64,000 nt of DNA, taken from assembly GCF_006345805.1 (NCBI RefSeq), contig NC_043006.1, positions 86,924,001 to 86,988,000 on the forward strand, given 5' to 3'. A program made the translations under genes and the position numbers. Below the pieces are notes generated by a model. That model did not search any database. It had not been told where the DNA came from and saw nothing but the letters and a program-made list of their open reading frames with translations. This DNA comes from Octopus sinensis (Eukaryota). Shown piece by piece: positions 42,381 to 55,483 of this stretch. Position 1 is the first letter of the stretch; each line of letters starts with the position of its first letter.

Positions 42381-43582
42381 CACATACATATATATAACTA
42401 CATATGTCAAATTATCTATCTGTCTGTCTCTCTCTCAATATATATAGTTTACTGTTCTGTTTTAGATAGGATCAACAAATGAGTACTCCATCCATTGAGA
42501 GACAAATATCATTTAATCACAGAATTTTAAAGATTTAAAAAAGAAGTACCAATATTTTCATGTTGTAGAAACTCAATAATCTGGCATCATTTTATATAGT
42601 ATGCCCTTAGCCTGAAGGACTACTTGGAGACCCATGGGAGTGTTATATAAACCTGCCAAATCTTTGTGTCTTTACGGCATGAAACTATCAGTAGCTCCTT
42701 AAAATTCTGTGTATATTAAATGATATGTGCATGTGTGTGTCTTATATATAGATAACTTTAAATACATGTTTATACACATTTTTACACATGCATACACAGA
42801 CACCCACACACTCACCTGCAGGGAGAAAGAAACACGAATCATTGTTGCTGCATAGACCTCACACTAGCCTTGTTAAAAAGACCTATGATCAAAGATATTC
42901 CAACCATGACCATCTTATCTTTTAGTATATCAAAGATTACATAGAACAAATTATCTCTTCCTTTTCTTTTGTTTTGCCTTTCAGATAGTAAGGTGTAATT
43001 CAAATGAGATTTGGCTGTTGTTTCTATGAGCTTCAGCAACCACACAAACTCCCTGGATATATATCTTTCTTGGATAAGTGTTGATGTGTTCAATTACTGC
43101 TCATAATTCTTTTGCAATAAAAACGAAATTCTAAGGCTGTATACATTGCTTCAAGTGTTGTAGATAAGAAATACATGAGGCTGAACATCTATCTATGATC
43201 AAACGATAAAGCAACAGAAAATATTATAAATAAAATATGATATTAAGAATGAATAAAAAGATAGGTGTAAAATAAGTACAGTATAAGAAATAAACATTGG
43301 ACTGGACAAAGTATCAAATTTTATTAGATATTGCACACACACGAGATATTACCCAAATATGTGTGTGCATATATGTGTGTATATAATGCATTTATAAAGA
43401 GAGAGAGAGAGAATATTACTGATAAGTGAATGCAATATCTATGTTGCACACATGTATGTGTCTGTGTGTCTGTAGAGAGAGAGAGGTGGGGAGAGTGCAT
43501 ATTACTTATGTGAATGCAAGCATATCTATATATATATGTGTGTGTGTGTCTCTCTATCTATCTATCTATCTATCTATCCATC

Positions 43583-43624
<42 letters not shown>

Positions 43625-43953
43625 ATATGTATGCATGCATGCATGTATGTATGTATCATATTATATATCATATCATATATATCAGATTATCTTATATATA
43701 TCTTCATTCAGAATTATATACCTAGGCAACATTATTATATTATCTGTTAAGAATTTTACATAATTTTACATTTCGTTTCACCTAGTATGTTTTGTGAAAT
43801 GAGATTATCAAACAGAAAACTGCACAAATAGCATGTGTGTATGTGCAGTTGCATACCTGCATGTGTGTGTATGCCAATGAATATACGCATTTTAACACTC
43901 AGTGCATTCAACTTCAATGTATATATGTATGTATTCAAGCACACACACACACC

Positions 43954-43990
<37 letters not shown>

Positions 43991-44089
43991 GTACATATAT
44001 ATATATATATATACATATATACACACATAGATAACAGATACAGAGGAACAGAGAGAAGGGATTAAGAAAGAACCATGGTGTGTGTGATT

Positions 44090-44122
<33 letters not shown>

Positions 44123-45201
44123 GAACAGATAAATTATTCCTTTTATAGTTGTTCATTTGATCTAAACCAGTTGTGTTTGTGTTGAAAGAAGCATGGCACT
44201 ATCTATAACCAGATTTACAAAAGCTCCAATTATATGGCATTATAATTCTGCCATGTTCCTGTGATGAAAAACAAGATATTCTTCGTAAAACATCTATTCT
44301 ATATAGGAATCTAAATTCTACACACAGGCAGCAACAACGGAAGAAAAAATAAAACTTCTTTTTGTCATGTAATGTTATTTTCTCTTCTTCTATTGTAAGG
44401 CGATGTCTTGTGGTTCAAATGGAAGTGTTTAGCTGTCATTGCAGATCCTATTGTCTTTTGTAGGAGTGAAAAACATTATAGTGGTGATGGATGTTGAGAT
44501 GATGATTGTGGTTGGTAGTGGCAATGGTTGTTTTGATTTTGGTTGTGGTGGTGTTGATTGCTATGGTTGTTGTGGTAATGATAGTGGTGGTACAGGTTAT
44601 TAGTGGGGTGGTTATAGGGTTTGTAGTGGTGGTGCTTGTGATAGTGGCAGAGGTTATGAGAAAGCTAGTGTGATGGTGTTGGTGATGGTTGTAGCTGTTT
44701 TGGTGGCTGTGGTGATTCTGGTGATAGTTGTGGTGATTTTGATAGTGCTCTGGGTTTTCATTTTTTAATTTCTAACTTTCTGAGTTTGGAGAAAATGGTA
44801 GTATCCATGGCCTTCTCAGTCTCTTCTAGACAAGTAAAATTCCTATTATTGAGGTTACTTTAAGTGGCTGTGGTTGTGGTCATTGCAGTAATTACAGTGC
44901 TGATGGTTATAATGGTAGGGTGATTGCATTTAGCATTGTAATGATCATTGCAGTTTAGTTCTGCTGTCAATTATGATGGGGACTATGGTGTTGATTGATT
45001 ATGATGGTGGCTGGGCTGTTTTAACACTATTATAGGCATATGAGCCAAGCATTGCACTAGGCCCCTACATACACAATCACAAAATACAAAGATCATCATT
45101 GAATCAAAAGAGTGGACTCCATACATATAAATATATATATATATATATAAGCATACATATGCATAAATATATATTCATGCATATGCATAAATATATATAC
45201 A

Positions 45202-45239
<38 letters not shown>

Positions 45240-45311
45240 CATACATATGCATAAATATATATACATGCATATATATATATATACACACACACACACCCAC
45301 ACACATATACA

Positions 45312-46394
45312 CAGACATGACAATTTATGTTTATTCTAACTTGTAAAGCTTTATATCTTTTACTGACATTTTTTGCTTCAGGTTCTATATGAGACTGTTT
45401 AGTCATGCCATATACAAAAGAAGCCTTGTAACTGTCTATATTTCAAAGAGGCCATATTGTGGGTCATTCTGAAGGTGGACATTACTAGCATAAAATCACA
45501 GAAAATCTTGGGATCCCGGTTTCAAGATTTAATAAAATCACAGTGCAATTCACTAGAGATGGGAAGAAGTTCACATCAACTCATCCAGATCAACCGGGGC
45601 CCTCTGACAGGACCCTTGTTATTGATGAAAGAACTGTGAAGGATAATCCTCATTGCAAGGCCTCTGACATAGCAGAACAAGTTGATGTCAGTCCCAGAAC
45701 AGCTGGTTGTTATGGCAGAATACTTGGTAACTATGGAAGAGCAGCAAGAAGGAAGCCACTTCTTCGACCAACCAATATCAAGCAGAGAAGAGATTGGGCC
45801 AATGAGATGGTGGAGAGGCCACTAGCATTTTGAGATACTGTCATATTCTCTGATGAGGGTTGAGTGTGGGACTCTGTGATCAAAAATTTGATGTGAAAAG
45901 ATTATGGCCAGCAATGTAACATGGCAGCTATTCTGTGATGGTCTGGGGAGCAATTTGGAGCAATGGTTGATCAGAGCTTCTCCAGTGGTGAAATGATTAA
46001 AGGAGACTTCTTATGGAAGATGTCACTTGGCTAAACTGACCCAAGATTTGTTGAATGAGAAAGGCATTAAAAAGCTTCCATGGCCAAACTAGTCACCAAC
46101 ACTTTTGGGACATAATGGACAGGAAAACTTCATAAAAAGAAAAAGAAAGCATCTTCAAAGCCAGATCTTTTGAGATTACTGCATAAAACTTGGCAAGAAA
46201 TTCTGCAAGAGAATATTCGTTATCTAACCTGTAACATGCCTAACTGGATCCTTGCATTGAAAAATGCAAAGGGCATGTTTACTAAATATCAAATATTCAC
46301 ATTATAACAATTAATGAATAATTTGAATATATAATTTCAGATTTAAATAAATTTTAATGATTATAAGGCTGTATATTTACTTCTGTCATGTCTG
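45312..46394 (+). mobile_element. Decayed Tc1-like transposon
   Basis: RTVKDNPHCKASDIAEQVDVSPRT..GRAARRKPLLRPTNIKQRRDWA..VIFSDE and SVMVWGAIW; cagacatgaca / tgtcatgtctg terminal inverted match. Confidence 0.8.
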
Positions 46395-46438
46395 TATATA
46401 TATGTATGTATATGCATACACATACATACATATATATC

Positions 46439-46508
<70 letters not shown>

Positions 46509-46864
46509 ATATTTTGGAAAGGTCATTTTGCCAGTTTAGCCAATATATATATAAACGTATATATATATATATACATATATGTAAATATACATATATACAT
46601 ATACATACATATATGTATATAAATATATATATATAATATTTGCATATATATATATATAATATATATATGTATATATACATATATACATATACATACATAC
46701 ATATACATACATATATGTATATAAATATATATATATATTTGCATATATATATTTGCATATATATATATATACATATATGTAAATATACATATATACACAC
46801 ACACACAGACACATGCACACATATATATATATATAGACAGACATACACACACACACACATAAAT

Positions 46865-48600
46865 CCATCTTTATAAATCCATCTTGGGACTGCTTGTTTT
46901 GGATTTATTAAACAAGGGATTTGAAGGAACAAAATTCGCCAATTGATTAAACATGTGTATTTATTAAAATACAGACATATGCAAATACACAATGACATTC
47001 TATTTAATGTCATTGAATGAAACATGTGTTGAGTGTTGCTTGCTGTGCTGGACACTTTGTTTGCAACTCTGCATTAATTTTTTCTTAAGAGTTCTAAAAA
47101 GATTCATGTCACTGAAATCAAAACTTTCAAGGTCACTTGCTAATTAAGTGTGATAGTGTCTCGTTTCAGCTGGTGTTGTTCACTTAACATGTACATTGCA
47201 CTTAACATATACATTGGATCCAAAATGGTGATCCACTTTGCACCTTCTTGGGCAAAAATGTTGTGTTCACTGTCTTCCATAACATCATTGATGTTCTCAT
47301 GCATTTCATGCGTGAAGTATGCTTCCAAGGTCTTGATTATCCCTATGTCACAGGGCTGCAGCACTGATGTTGTGTTGGGAGGAAGAAATTTTAAAGTGAT
47401 ATTCTTGAGATCATCGATGACTACATGAGAAGAGCAGTTGTTAAGGAGGACCACCACTTGTCTTCCAGATTCCCACAAATGATGATCCCAAGATCTGAGC
47501 CAACAACCATAGATTTTTTTCTGTTATCCAAGCATTGGTTAAAAAGTCATACTGAATCAGAAGCATTTTGACATTTTTAAAGCATCTTGGCGAACTAGTT
47601 TTTCCGATTAAGAGCTAATCTTCTTTGTTGCCATTCATGTTGCAGGCCACCATCAAGGTCACACAGTCCCTTGCCGTCTTAAAGCGTTTCACAGATTTCT
47701 TTCAAGAGTTGTTGACATATGTATTTCCTAGTAATGCACGAAAGTAGATACCAGTTTTATCGGCATTGTAGATGTCCTGTGGCTGATATGATTTCAACAG
47801 AAGCTGCAGGGTTGTCTCATGAAACCAATGGGCTCCATCAACGTCAGTTTCAGCTGCCTCACCTGTAATGTATGAAATGTTTAGTTTGTGTTCTCTAAAT
47901 AGAAAAATGTGAACCGTAAAAGAAATTCCACGTCTTTTTTGGCAATGGTAAAACCAACCTTCAGTTGCCTTAAAATAGTGTCCAGCAGCTTGAGTAATGG
48001 TGTTGGCTTTGTGCATTAGGATCAGACCATTAGTGGGGACGTTTCTTGAGTGAATAAACTGAAACTAATCGGAGGGAGCATGGTCTGTCTGTTGGTCTTT
48101 TACCTTTCGTTGGTGCTTTCTCTTTGATGAACAGCTATCAAGTTCTTTGGTATAAAGGTCATCCTCATTCTGTAACAAATTCTGGGACAGGCATCTTGAA
48201 ATTCCCAAACTCTGTGCTACTTCCCACTGAATTGTTTTCTCAAGAGCTTTGTAATGTTGTAACAACTGAATCTTTTCTGCCATGGATTTGTCTTACCTCT
48301 CTCTTTTCATTTTGAACATTTTGAACAACTTGTGTGTGTCTGTCTCTCTGCATGAATGACAAATGTCGTGTTTTTTTCACTTTCCTGTGTGTATCCAAGA
48401 GTGAAAAAGAAACCCCACTTCATTTGTTCATTGCCACTTGTTGACACTTTAGGAAGATGCAGTGACAATTGGATTAATTAAGCAATGGTTTGGATTTATT
48501 AAATAAGAGATTTTATGAGTAAAAATTCTGTCCCAACCCATTTTGGATACATTTGGCAGGTGGATTGATTATCAGGGGATTTATAAAGCGGAACCTACTG
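46865..48600 (-). mobile_element. Decayed pogo/Tigger (CENP-B-like) transposon
   Basis: HTH region (48065-48283), FKATEGWF..IYNADKTG (47702-48016), LLNNCSSH..FLPPNTTSVLQPCDIGII (47140-47478); TIR cagtaggttccgctttataaatcc at 48600, remnant near 46865. Confidence 0.85.
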
Positions 48601-48606
48601 TGTGTG

Positions 48607-48646
<40 letters not shown>

Positions 48647-48699
48647 CATGTGTGCATGTACATACATATATACAAATCCATACATACATATATGTGTAT

Positions 48700-48965
48700 C
48701 CATAGATACATATATACATGAATGTTGAAGTGGCACCGAAATTCATGCTGAACTGCTGTGACAGACTTATTATTCTTCACGTAACTGTTGTAGGCAAACA
48801 CATAATACTCTATTATCCACAGCACCATGTTTTCCCCTGGAAAGAAAAAAACGTGCTAAGACACCACAGACTGAATGGTACCTGTTGGACATATGTCCCT
48901 TCCATCCCTGGGGCTGAGTAATAGCCATTTCAAAAATGTCCGTCAATTCTGCCCCACCCTATACG
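48700..48965 (-). mobile_element. 5' fragment of a Tc1/mariner-superfamily element
   Basis: WIIEYYVFAYNSYVKNNKSVTAVQHEFRCHFNI N-terminal HTH-like segment; tatagggtggggcagaattgacgg end. Confidence 0.55.
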
Positions 48966-48997
48966 TATATACATACAAACATACATACATACATATA

Positions 48998-49745
48998 TAG
49001 GGTGCAGTGAATAAATTGTCGTTTAAACTGCGCAAAACTGAAAATAATGCTGACATCTCATTTTAACAGATATATTTACTAAAATTACATAAAAATATCT
49101 TGAAATACTAAATAATTAATTTATTCAATAAAATCCCCAACTGGCTTCAACCACAGCATACTGACGACTTCAGAATCTCCTGCAACTATTCTGAATGGTC
49201 TCCTTTTTTAAGTTGGTGAATGCTGCCATAATCCTTGCCTTCAGTTCATTCCTGGGTGTTACAAGGAGTTTTGTTTGGTACTTCACTCAACTGCATTCCA
49301 CACATATTAATCAAGAGGTTTACAGTCTGGGGAGTTAGGTGCCAGATGTTAGGGGTGATGTGGTTGCAGAAACTGTCTGACAACCATGACTGGGTTCTCC
49401 TGCTTGTGTGGCATGGTGCGGAGTCCTGTTGTCAGACATAGGGTCTTCCAGCAGCCACCCTCTGGGGCCAGGTCAACACTACCTCTTCCAGGCACTCCAT
49501 GTTGAGTGTGAGGCCGTGTGGGAAGATGAACATCGCTATCACTACTGATCACTCCAAACACTGTAATGTTGACTGGATGTTTGATTTTTATCACTTTCAG
49601 TACATGATTTGGTGACATGGCAAGCCAATGTTCTGTGTGTTCACCATCTGATATTTTTTAATGATTAAGATCTAAACTTAATATACGAATATATGAATGA
49701 GAAAGAAATAGTTGAATAACTTTTGGGCCACCTTGTGTATTATGT
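48998..49745 (-). mobile_element. Decayed mariner/maT-type transposase fragment
   Basis: KHPVNITVFGVISSD, QQDSAPCHTS, SPDCKPLD and EASxDFIE motifs on the minus strand with frameshifts. Confidence 0.75.
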
Positions 49746-49758
49746 ATATATATGCACT

Positions 49759-49820
<62 letters not shown>

Positions 49821-49971
49821 TAGATAGATAGATAGATATACATATATACATATTGTTGTATTTAGGAATGGTCATTTTGCCAGTTTAGCCAATAAAAACA
49901 CACGCACTATATATTTGGTGTTACTTTGCTTCAGCATTATTTATTTTTTACATTAAGCTTAATCTTATTTT

Positions 49972-50016
49972 GGCCAGAGTTCTTTTGTCACACTCCTGTG
50001 ACCTCATCAGTGGTCC
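49972..50016 (-). ncRNA. Type-I HHR motif, family 2, G12A core mutation (probably inactive)
   Basis: GGACCA-CTGATGA-G-GTCAC(aggagt)GTGAC-AAAA-G-AA-CTC-TGGCC. Confidence 0.55.
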
Positions 50017-50225
50017 TTTTCTTTCTTCTTTCTTATTTGTGTGTCTCTCCTTACTAACGGTCAGCCATTTTGTATTTTGTATTCCTATTGTATGTGTCTT
50101 CATTTGCGCATGCGTATACCTCTGTGTGTGTCTATGTTTAGTTAGTGTGTGTGTGTGTGGGGGGGAAGAGCTTGTAATATTTGTATCTCCTGTTTATACA
50201 CACAAATAAGACAGAAGAAAGCAAA

Positions 50226-50270
50226 GGACCACTGATGAGGTCACGGGAGTATGACGAAAGAACTCTGGCC
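50226..50270 (+). ncRNA. Type-I hammerhead ribozyme, family 2, intact core
   Basis: GG(A)CCA-CTGATGA-G-GTCA(cgggagta)TGAC-GAAA-G-AA-CTC^TGGCC; predicted cleavage after 50265. Confidence 0.8.
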
Positions 50271-51031
50271 GAAATAAGATTAAGATTAATGTAAAAAATA
50301 AATAACGCTGAAGCAAAGTAACACCAAATATATAGTGCGTGTGTTTTTATTGGCTAAACTGGCAAAATGACCATTCCTAAATACAACAATATCTGTTTCA
50401 ACACACGATTTCACATCAAAAATCTTGCAAAACAAATATATAAACGTAACATATATACATATATATAAATATATACATATATATATACATGCATATATAT
50501 ATACATATATATATACATAAACATATATAAATATACACATATATACATACTTATATATATGCATATATATATATATACATATATATACATGCATATATAT
50601 ACACATATATATATCATATATATACATATTTATACATACATATGTGTGCGTGTGTGTGCATGCATGCACTTGTACATTGGAGAAAAGCATACAATGTCTT
50701 TCAAGCAATGGAGAGAATCTGGTAAGAATATTGAAGAGAAATTCAGGCAATCAATGCAATGTCCAGTCCTTGAATGACAGTCTGAGCTGCAGTGTTTTAT
50801 GACAGTCTGTCTTTTGTTTTCAGACTGAAAAGTTTGCGTAGTTCAAACACCCTGAGAGCAATGCCTTCAGAAGTCTAATTTTCCTGGTGGAGGCCATTGG
50901 TGTAATTTCAAAGAAGAGGCTCCAAACTAAACACGACCAACCTTGCTTTAAGTCTGCAACAGCAGAACAATGTCTGTAGGGAACAATACTGGCTGATCTC
51001 AATAATGCTTGGATCAGGAGAGGGAAACACT

Positions 51032-51830
51032 ATATAAGAATAAATGTTTTATATATAAAGAACGTGAAATACAGGAAGGGACGAACACGGAACACAGACA
51101 AATCATTCGAAGCCTTCAATCTTCAGTCAGACACCGAATCACCATAGCAAATTTCGGCTGTTCAATTCTGATATTTGCTCCAACTCAGCCAGCCCTAAGA
51201 AAAAAAACTAAGCTGTAAGCATTAGATTTCTTGGTAGAAGACAGGAATGTGAACGCATGAGACGGATGTAAATACGAGAGACGAAAACGAAATTGAAAAC
51301 GGTAACGGTTAAACAAAATATAATATAACGGTGGTTGTCATACGACTTTAGACCAAATGAGACAAAAACAACAAACATAGCAGCTGGCGTAGAAATAATT
51401 ACCTTTTCGGTAGAGGGGACAAATACAGATGTTGGCGAGATACGATCGCCAACGAAATGGTGGAGAAGCAGCAGGTTGCAGGGGAGAGAGAGAAAGAGAG
51501 ACAGAGAGAGAAGGAATCAAAGAGGGTGGAAGGCAGGGGACAGAATCAGTCAGAGACCAAGAGAAAAAGAGAGAGAAGGGATTGAGGAGGATGGGAGGAA
51601 GAGGGGGGAAGAAAAATGGGCGCCAAAATAGTTTGGTCAAGAAGCAATGGCGGGTAGGAAAGAGAAAGTATATAGAAGTCGTGCAGGGTTTAAAATTGGA
51701 TAAACAAACGGGGGAGGGGTGCACGTAACACCGCAATAATATAAGAATAAATGTTTTATATATAAAGAACGTGAAATACAGGAAGGGACAAACACGGAAC
51801 ACAGACAAATCATTCGAAGCCTTCAATCTT
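51032..51830 (-). mobile_element. Non-coding element with 92-bp terminal direct repeats (PLE pLTR-like)
   Basis: 51032-51123 and 51739-51830 differ at one position; CpG-rich interior. Confidence 0.6.
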
Positions 51831-52539
51831 AAACTGGTTAAGAATGTGCCACAGAAAAGCCAAATCAAACTTGTGGCAACACACTTCAGTTTCATCACCT
51901 GATATTGTTTAGTGACATTACACATGTGCTGTAAGGGATGGGCATAAAACCATTGTGTATATGGGTCACTCCTTAACAGGAGACACACAGTAAATAAATC
52001 CATGCCATTGGCATACATATCATAGTCCTCTAACATGTTCCTTGCTGGCATGGGTTGGACAGTTTGACAGGAACCAATGTGTCCAAGGACTGCATCGAGC
52101 ACTATTGTCTGCTTTGGCATGGTTTTTTTTATGGCTGGATATCTTTCCTAAAGCCAATCGCTTTACAGTGTTACTGGATGGTTTTTATGTACCACCTGCA
52201 CTTTTGAGGTCACCAAGCAGTTTGCAGGACTATGAACCTTTATGACGGGCGGTGGGAAGATCACTTTATGCTTGGAGATGATGGGATTACTATGATTGAG
52301 ATGGGTGGAACAGGTTCCTGCAGAAGGACCTGCATGACTAATCACATCTAGGATGGGGAAAAAAAAAAGGATGGGGCTGGAGGGAAGGATTAGTAGAAAC
52401 TGCGAGACATATACATATTAGCACATGTGTGTGTGTGTGTGTGCATTATATACATCTCTGTATATACATTCATGTAGGCATATACATATATGAATGAATA
52501 TACAAGCATGTGTATGTGTGTGTGTATGTATATGTATAT

Positions 52540-52581
<42 letters not shown>

Positions 52582-53544
52582 TGCACACACACACACACAG
52601 ATACATATATGTGTGTCTATTCATGTATGAGCATTCATACATACAGAGAGAGGGAGAGAGAGAGAGAGAGAGAGAACGAGTAAGAGATGCACATGTATAG
52701 ATGCACATGTGCATTTATCATTTATGAAGGGAATATATAATTGATTATACTTGAGCTGTAATTCAAACTGACATCTCTGGGGACTTGTTAATATTGTATT
52801 AAGAATACCTCTTTCACCAAATATCTCATAAACGGTTCCTCCTACTTACACCACTAGCACCACTCCCACCATTATCTTTCACTAATGCTTTTATGAATTC
52901 TTTATTCTTTCTATTCCCAACATATGTTGAGCTTTGTTTTGCCCCCCCCCCTTTTTTGTTGTTGTTGTTCTGCAGAACCTTCCCTACCCTCTTCATATTC
53001 TATAAAATATATTCTGTTCAGTGTGTCTACTTTTCTCAGTTAAACCCTTTTATTCATTGATGTGCCATATTCACATACTAACATAAAAGAATTGCCTTCT
53101 TTTGTGAAAATATGTTTCAATAATGCTTGGCCAGAATTATTACATTATAAGTGTGTGCGTGCATGCACACACATGACACACACACACACACACAATATAT
53201 ATAGATAATTAAATAAAAATTCAGCAGTGAGTGAAAAAGACTGACGATAAATAATAATAATACAATTATTATTATTACTGTTATTGTGCAGAATTGGTTG
53301 TGGATGGCAGGTATTGGGTAGAGGTGTGGCAAAATCATGCATGTTGTTTATCTATATCCTTTTATTATGAAGTTCAAATCTTGCCAGGTTTAAATTCAGC
53401 ACCTTGAGGGTGATATCCCTGGATAATCAACGTTTTGTGAGTGAATTTGCTTGAAAAAGACGGTAGGAAGCCTTTTACATGTAAATTTGTGTGTATACAT
53501 AGATACATACACATACAGATACTTGCATATACATGCATATATAC

Positions 53545-53758
53545 AAGAGGGTGCCAAAAAGTTCCTGTTTTAAGGGTATCATGAAAGGCCTGGTTGGAAG
53601 CCCAACCTTCCAATTTCTTTTACAGGGCTTAGAAAAACTGAAGGGCTGCTGCAATATGTGTGTGAATCTGAAGGGAATATGCTGAATAAAATCACAATTA
53701 ACTGATCCTCTTGTATTTTCTTTCACTTAAAGCCAGGAACTTTTCAGAAACCTCTCAT
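53545..53758 (+). mobile_element. mariner-derived MITE
   Basis: gagggtgccaaaaagttcctg ... caggaacttttcagaaacctctc inverted ends; retains CNMCVNLKGEYAE*-like transposase C-terminus (frameshifted). Confidence 0.65.
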
Positions 53759-53957
53759 TCCACAAAACCTCCCAAAACTGACAGCAGTATCTAAGCTTAA
53801 TAAGATAACCTCTAAAGAAAAACAACTAATATCAACGTCAGTAATCTCCCCAAGCCACGAATCTACAAACACTCTCTCCTTTACTAGAATGAAGAACTGC
53901 TTTCCAGATTTGATCGCCAAAAATTTTAACATCAGTTTCACCATGCTAGATGAACAG
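53733..53957 (+). CDS. Candidate exon (75 stop-free codons ending MKNCFPDLIAKNFNISFTMLDEQ; shorter form could start at 53888)
   Basis: Frame-compatible acceptors before 53733, 53748 and 53888; donor CAG|gtgggg. Confidence 0.25.
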
Positions 53958-54214
53958 GTGGGGTATGGCATGTGTGTGTATAAATAAATATATATGTATA
54001 TGTATGTATACATATAAATATAAATACATGTGTGCATATGTGTATGTATGTATGTGTCTAGATATATGAATATGTGTGTCTGTGTGTATGTACTGCTCTG
54101 TGATGGTAGGATCAACAAAAAAAAATAAATACTCCATCTACCAAGCAAATCTTTTTACTCAGATCTTTTGAAATACAAACAAAAGCCCCTCAGCAACAAC
54201 CTCCCAAGTATACA

Positions 54215-55110
54215 ACTTTAGGGCCACAAACATTGGCACAATGAAAGGGAGATCTATCAAGATTGTTGAAATGATGGAGTGTTGTCATGTCGATGTGTGT
54301 GGTGTGCAAGAAGTGAGATGGAAAGGGCCTCTGCTAGATTCCTCACATGTAAGAAACAGGTTTAAATTCTTCTGGTTAAGTAGGAGTGATGGAGTAGCAG
54401 AAAGTGGATAGATAAAGTAATTGACATAGTCAGAGTGTGCAATAAGGTTATTAAGTCGAGACTTATCATAGATAGATTAACAATTACATTTATCTCTGCC
54501 TATGCTCCACAGGCTGGGTTGGCTGATGATCTGAAGGACCAATTCTATGAGGTCCTTTTGCAGATTACCTTAACGACAAATGATAGAGACTTTGTTATTG
54601 TGGCTGGCAACTTTAATGGACATGTTGGGCAGCATTCCCATGGATTCTATGGTGTGCATGGTCGTTGTAGCTTTGTCACCAAGAATGAAGGAGGTAAAGG
54701 CTACTTGAGTTCTGTAATGCAAATCATCTTATGATCTGTAACACTAACTTTAGAAAGCCAGCTAGCCACCTAATTACTTATCAGTCTGGTGGGAATATAA
54801 ACCAAGTTGATTACCTCCTCACCAGGCAAGGAGACAAATGAGATCTCTTTCTCAGGTGGAGAGTGTACACCCCAACAGAGGCTACTGGTTAGTAACTTCA
54901 GAATTAGAGTGAGAAAGATTCAAAGACATAAACCACACCAGAAAAGGAGATTATGGAAGCCTAAGGGCCCAGCAAACCAACAAAAATTTAGACATTCTAC
55001 AGGAAGACTCTGATGATAGAGAGGAAGAGAAGAAGGAAGGGACATATAGCTTAGAGTACAACTGGAAGTTCCTACAGGGCAATTCACTGGGTGCTGTTGA
55101 CCAAATCTGT
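54215..55110 (+). mobile_element. Decayed RTE-clade LINE, AP-endonuclease region
   Basis: NVGTMKGRSIKIVEMM..DVCGVQEVRWKG, FISAYAPQAG..KDQFYEVL..VAGNFNGHVG, ICNTNFRKPASHLITYQSGG..QVDY. Confidence 0.85.
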
Positions 55111-55124
55111 GGTTAGTGTAAAGT

Positions 55125-55325
55125 CTAATGTCTGTGTTTGTCCTCCCAACATCGCTTGACAACTAATGCTGGTGTGGTCCCCATAACTTAGCGGTTTGGC
55201 AAAAGAGACCGATAGAATAAGTACTAGGCTTAAAGGAATAAGTTCTGGGGGTTGATTTGCACGACTAAAGGCGGTGCTCCAGCATGACCACAATCAAATG
55301 ACTGAATCAAGTAAAAGAGTAAAAG
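55125..55325 (+). mobile_element. Family A SINE, 3' part
   Basis: Matches 32365-32575. Confidence 0.75.
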
Positions 55326-55423
55326 AATATACATTACCAAAAACTGATCATTACCACCCAAAACTCACACCTTCTAAACATTTCACAAGCTAAAAGTTAT
55401 CATTGAAATAAAACTATATATCT

Positions 55424-55483
<60 letters not shown>

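Larger units (their letters stand above)
49850..50450. mobile_element. Inverted (divergent) pair of family-2 HHR elements
   Basis: Minus copy ~50165-49850 and plus copy ~50195-50450; flanked by (TA)n. Confidence 0.85.

Noticed and set aside
44190-44480. Open segments DLQKLQLYGIIILPCSCDEKQDIL and DVLWFKWKCLAVIADPIVF after AG sites
   Set aside because: Protein-like, but no convincing donor and an in-frame stop upstream; insufficient to call exons
50674-50860. Donor CTG|gtaaga and strong acceptor ttttgttttcag| nearby
   Set aside because: Joining them gives an immediate or near-immediate stop in all frames; could be a terminal or UTR intron but unsupported
51338-52120. 260-aa minus-strand ORF
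   Set aside because: Runs across a family D repeat, unique sequence, a direct repeat and a GA-rich tract; a chimeric chance ORF
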